DNA of 64,000 nucleotides from Acidobacteriota bacterium (GTDB lineage Bacteria > Acidobacteriota > UBA6911 > RPQK01 > JAJDTT01), in the NCBI GenBank assembly GCA_965263035.1, contig OZ253580.1:2176001-2240000 (forward strand), in the 5' to 3' direction. The position numbers were made by a program, and so were the translations under genes. How positions within the stretch are numbered: the first letter of the stretch is position 1; each line of letters starts with the position of its first letter. Positions 61,008 through 64,000 of the stretch are shown piece after piece. The notes under the pieces were generated by a model. It worked only from the letters and a program-made list of their open reading frames with translations, searched no databases and was not told the DNA's origin.

Positions 61008-63084
61008 CCCGAGTTTACCGTGTTGGACAAAAAGATAAAGATAAGTTCTTTTTTTGCAGAGACATAGGTCAGCCCTCCCGTATGACCTACGGAGCCGCAT
61101 CAGAGGTTAGATCGTCTGGCTTTGTAGGTCTAGGATTTCGTACATCCTGCGCTGTTCGTCCGTCATCTGCGAGAGCGTCGTCCTGAGTTCGGGATTGCCG
61201 CCCTCCTCCTGTGCGGGATAGAGTACGTCGACTTCGCGGATCCCACCCAGTGCGTCGAGCAGTGCGGGGATCGAGCCCGACACGCCGTGGCGGCTCAGTT
61301 CCCGCTGCAGCAGTCCGCACAGCATCAGCGCCAGCACGCAGCAGAACACATGCACCGCGATCTTCTGATCCGTCCAGTGGTATTGCGGCCGGATCGCGAT
61401 GCAGTTGCTGTCCTTGAGTTGCCGGAAGGCGCTCTCGACATGATGCTGGGCGCGGTAGCCGCGCACCAACTCGGCGTCGCTCCAGCCCGCTTGGTCGGTG
61501 AACAGCAGGGTCTTGCCCAGCAACCTGCGCTGCAGCTGCTCCCAGGCGCGCCGCTGGAAGCGGTAATTCACCTTCGGCAAGCCGTCCTCCTCACGCACCT
61601 GGACGTCGAACAGGTCCCGCATGTGCCGGGCCCGCAGCCAGCCGTCAACCTTCTTGCGCGTGGTGGCCACGCCCGGCTTGCGCCCCCCACGGATCTTGCC
61701 GTCGCGCCAGCGGCGAAGCTGCCGCTGCAGCGCGCGCAGGTGCTGGCGCCGCTTCGCGATCTCACGCAGCAGCGTCCGGCACTGGGCGTCGAACAGCGCT
61801 TGGTTCCAAATCACCAGCACCGTGCGCTCGACGCCGAACACTTCGTAGTGGGTGCGGTAGGCGTGCACGCCGGGCAACCCGTCGGCCTCCAGCGAGCGCA
61901 ACTGGTCCGCCGGCACGGCCAGCAGGTCCGGGTGTTGGGTCGGCACCAGCGAGCCGATGAAGTGGAAGGGGCCGCGCTCGACCCAGTCCAGGTTCTCGCG
62001 CGAGTTGTTGCCCTTGTCGAAGACCAGGGTGACCGTCTCGGCGCCGGCCGCGATCTCATGGTAGCGCCGGGCCAAGTCGGCGGAGAGGCTCTGGAACAGC
62101 GGCGCGTCGGGCCGGTTGCCGGGATAGGTGCGATGCAGCAGGGGCAGGCGGAAGTCGGCCGTGACCAGCAGCGCCACGCCGATGATGCGCAACGACCTGC
62201 GGCCCTCCTTGCTGTGGCCGCGCTGGGCCAGCTGGGAGCGCTCGTTGAAAGAATCGATGTAGGTGAAGACGTTGGTGGCGTCAAACAGCACTTGGCGCAG
62301 GTCGAGGCCGAACTCACGGGTCATGGCGGTCACGATGTCGCGTTCGATGGCGGGGATGGCTGAGACGGGGACGCGGTGCATGTGGTCCCAGAAGCGCTGG
62401 CTGGTGAGCTGGCTGGAGCGCAGGGGGAGGAGGCGGCCGAGGGCGGTGGAGTCGAACCAGCGGGCGAGGCTGGCCTTGGAGCCGGGGGCGAGGCAGCGGT
62501 TGAGGACGGCGGCGAGCAGGTAGGTGCCGACGGAGGGGCCGGAGCCGCGCTTGGGGACATGGCGGTCGATGTGCTCGACGAGCTGCAAGCGGCGGGCGAG
62601 GGCGAGCAGGGCGGTGGAGGCGCCGAATTCGCGCACGACCGCCTCCAGTGGTTGGGCCAGCACGGGGGCGGCCCGAAGCTTCTCGATGATTTTGTCGGCG
62701 CGGCCGAGATAGGTCTGGGAAACGATCTTGGGCTTGCCGTGGACGCGTTTGCAGACGCGGGCGTAGTAGTAGGGGCGGCCGCGGATGATCTTCTTGACGA
62801 TGCTGGCCATATATTAGGTCATACACTAGCGTATCGAGAGGTCGATTGTCAAAGGTCCTCGCCTGAAATCAAAAATTTATCCTGCGAAATCAGATAGATA
62901 CTTCCGGGATTAACCTAGAACAGTCCAACAGGAATTAGGTCATACAAAAGTCGAGGTCACGGGCGCAGTGGCCTCGGTCGGGCTGGGTGGATAAACTCTT
63001 CCTTATCAATAACTTGAATTTGAGAAATCGGTCTGCCCATGCGCTAGGCCAGTGCTATGCTGACGCGAACACAGTAAACTCGGG
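61008..63084 (-). mobile_element. IS1634-family insertion sequence
   Basis: TIR CCCGAGTTTACCGTGTT/AACACAGTAAACTCGGG (1 mismatch), flanked by CTAG. Confidence 0.88.
61107..62810 (-). CDS. IS1634-family DDE transposase
   Basis: FDATN, RGHSK, VFDKG, Y..QHHVESAFRQLK, RPQYHWTDQKI. Confidence 0.9.
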   Translation of the reverse strand: MASIVKKIIRGRPYYYARVCKRVHGKPKIVSQTYLGRADKIIEKLRAAPVLAQPLEAVVREFGASTALLALARRLQLVEHIDRHVPKRGSGPSVGTYLLAAVLNRCLAPGSKASLARWFDSTALGRLLPLRSSQLTSQRFWDHMHRVPVSAIPAIERDIVTAMTREFGLDLRQVLFDATNVFTYIDSFNERSQLAQRGHSKEGRRSLRIIGVALLVTADFRLPLLHRTYPGNRPDAPLFQSLSADLARRYHEIAAGAETVTLVFDKGNNSRENLDWVERGPFHFIGSLVPTQHPDLLAVPADQLRSLEADGLPGVHAYRTHYEVFGVERTVLVIWNQALFDAQCRTLLREIAKRRQHLRALQRQLRRWRDGKIRGGRKPGVATTRKKVDGWLRARHMRDLFDVQVREEDGLPKVNYRFQRRAWEQLQRRLLGKTLLFTDQAGWSDAELVRGYRAQHHVESAFRQLKDSNCIAIRPQYHWTDQKIAVHVFCCVLALMLCGLLQRELSRHGVSGSIPALLDALGGIREVDVLYPAQEEGGNPELRTTLSQMTDEQRRMYEILDLQSQTI

Positions 63085-63088
63085 CTAG

Positions 63089-63247
63089 GAGCCTGCGCGG
63101 CAGAAATTGATCTACTGCGAAAGCGGTAGAATCGGTCCATATTTCCCCGATTTCTCGGCGAATAGAACAACTATGCACCTCCAAATCGAGAAAATCTGGC
63201 CTCGATTCCCCACTTTCTCGCTACGATCATTCCTACCGCGCAGACTC
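63089..63247. mobile_element. MITE, long copy (159 bp)
   Basis: Imperfect TIRs GAGCCTGCGCGGCAG/CTACCGCGCAGACTC, CTAG on both sides; second copy at 8125-8219. Confidence 0.85.
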
Positions 63248-63334
63248 CTAGTTCCAGCGACTCTCCATTGCTTGAATCAACTTCTCTTGGTATTTGCCAG
63301 CACCAGTCTGCCTGATGTTTGGTCCCCGAGTTTA

Positions 63335-63362
63335 TTGACTAGTCCGGACAACGGACTATCTT
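63335..63362 (+). promoter_or_regulatory. Antitoxin promoter/operator
   Basis: TTGACT-N16-TATCTT-N7-ATG; TAGTCCG-N5-CGGACTA inverted repeat. Confidence 0.6.
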
Positions 63363-63369
63363 GGATGAC

Positions 63370-63612
63370 ATGGCTCTTGTGAACGTCAATGAAGTCAAGG
63401 CACAACTCCTCTCCCGGCTACTTGAACGTGTATGCGCAGGCGAGGAAATTGTCATTACCAAGGCGGGGAGGCCGTGCGCCCGCCTCGTGCCGTTGGACGC
63501 GTTGCCACAGCGAGTGCTGGGACGCTATCGGGATCGTGACGGTGAAGTGCCCGATTCGGTGTTCGCTCCCCTCGCCCAAGAGGATCTCGCAGCTTGGCAA
63601 GATGAGGGTTGA
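63370..63612 (+). CDS. Phd/YefM antitoxin (orphan)
   Basis: VNVNEVKAQLLSRLLERV.AGEEIVITKAGRPCARLVP, FAPL. Confidence 0.85.
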   Translation: MALVNVNEVKAQLLSRLLERVCAGEEIVITKAGRPCARLVPLDALPQRVLGRYRDRDGEVPDSVFAPLAQEDLAAWQDEG

Positions 63613-63728
63613 ATCTGTATCCAGGTACTCACACTCGATCGCAAGCTTCAAGACAGCCCCGGAAGCTAAGGGACCGGTCAACTTTCGGCACCGAACAGCA
63701 TAGTCTCAGCGCTTGTTCCGGCCAGTAA

Positions 63729-63770
63729 ACGGGAAAATCAATACTTCCTCTCTTGATTTTCCCGTATAAT
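63729..63770 (+). promoter_or_regulatory. 13-bp inverted repeat abutting TATAAT
   Basis: ACGGGAAAATCAA-N11-TTGATTTTCCCGT then TATAAT-N6-GTG. Confidence 0.7.
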
Positions 63771-63776
63771 AGCTGG

Positions 63777-64000
63777 GTGATACGACGTCAAGAGCACAGA
63801 GCATCGATCCGCGCACTACTCGACCAGTTCCCGGTCGTTGGACTGGTCGGCGCCCGGCAGGTCGGCAAGACGACTCTCGCCCGCGATCTGATCAATGACG
63901 CCGCGGAGCCGGTCACCACCTTCGACCTTGAAGATCCCACCGACGAAAGGCGTTTCGCCGATCCCAAGCTTGCTCTCGAATCACTGCGGGGGCTGGTCGT
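63777..64000 (+). CDS. AAA_14/DUF4143-type ATPase, truncated by the window end (not in the ORF track)
   Basis: MIRRQEH...FPVVGLVGARQVGKTTLA..FDLEDP. Confidence 0.85.
   Translation, partial: MIRRQEHRASIRALLDQFPVVGLVGARQVGKTTLARDLINDAAEPVTTFDLEDPTDERRFADPKLALESLRGLV

Noticed and set aside
63325-63334. CCCGAGTTTA matching the IS1634 TIR start
   Set aside because: Only 10 bp, with no CTAG or partner end; chance cannot be excluded

Overview
High-GC bacterial DNA dominated by catabolic and secreted proteins: a sulfatase, several hydrolases, beta-propeller glycosidase-like proteins, two DUF1501/DUF1549-DUF1553 loci and a 2.3k-aa Calx-beta adhesin. This gene content resembles Acidobacteria or Planctomycetes, possibly host- or sponge-associated (inference only). 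Main structural observations: (1) An old tandem segmental duplication (about 8.3-20.3 kb vs 21.2-29.3 kb) shows reciprocal decay and carries a different toxin-antitoxin cassette in each copy. One cassette is flanked by a 27-bp att-like repeat of a gene 3' end. (2) Downstream of tRNA-Asn, an IS1182-like element, an IS1634-like element and a MITE are stacked head-to-tail, sharing CTAG junctions. A shorter copy of the MITE sits on a stop codon at 8.1 kb. (3) There are five Phd/YefM antitoxin loci with visible operators. (4) Leaderless promoter geometry recurs, and three genes appear to use non-canonical starts. (5) A GGAG-headed REP-like palindrome family is present. (6) A V4R + atypical M19 dipeptidase + SSS + racemase-family cluster has no known function. 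No CRISPR array or rRNA was seen. All product calls come from motif recognition by eye, not database searches.
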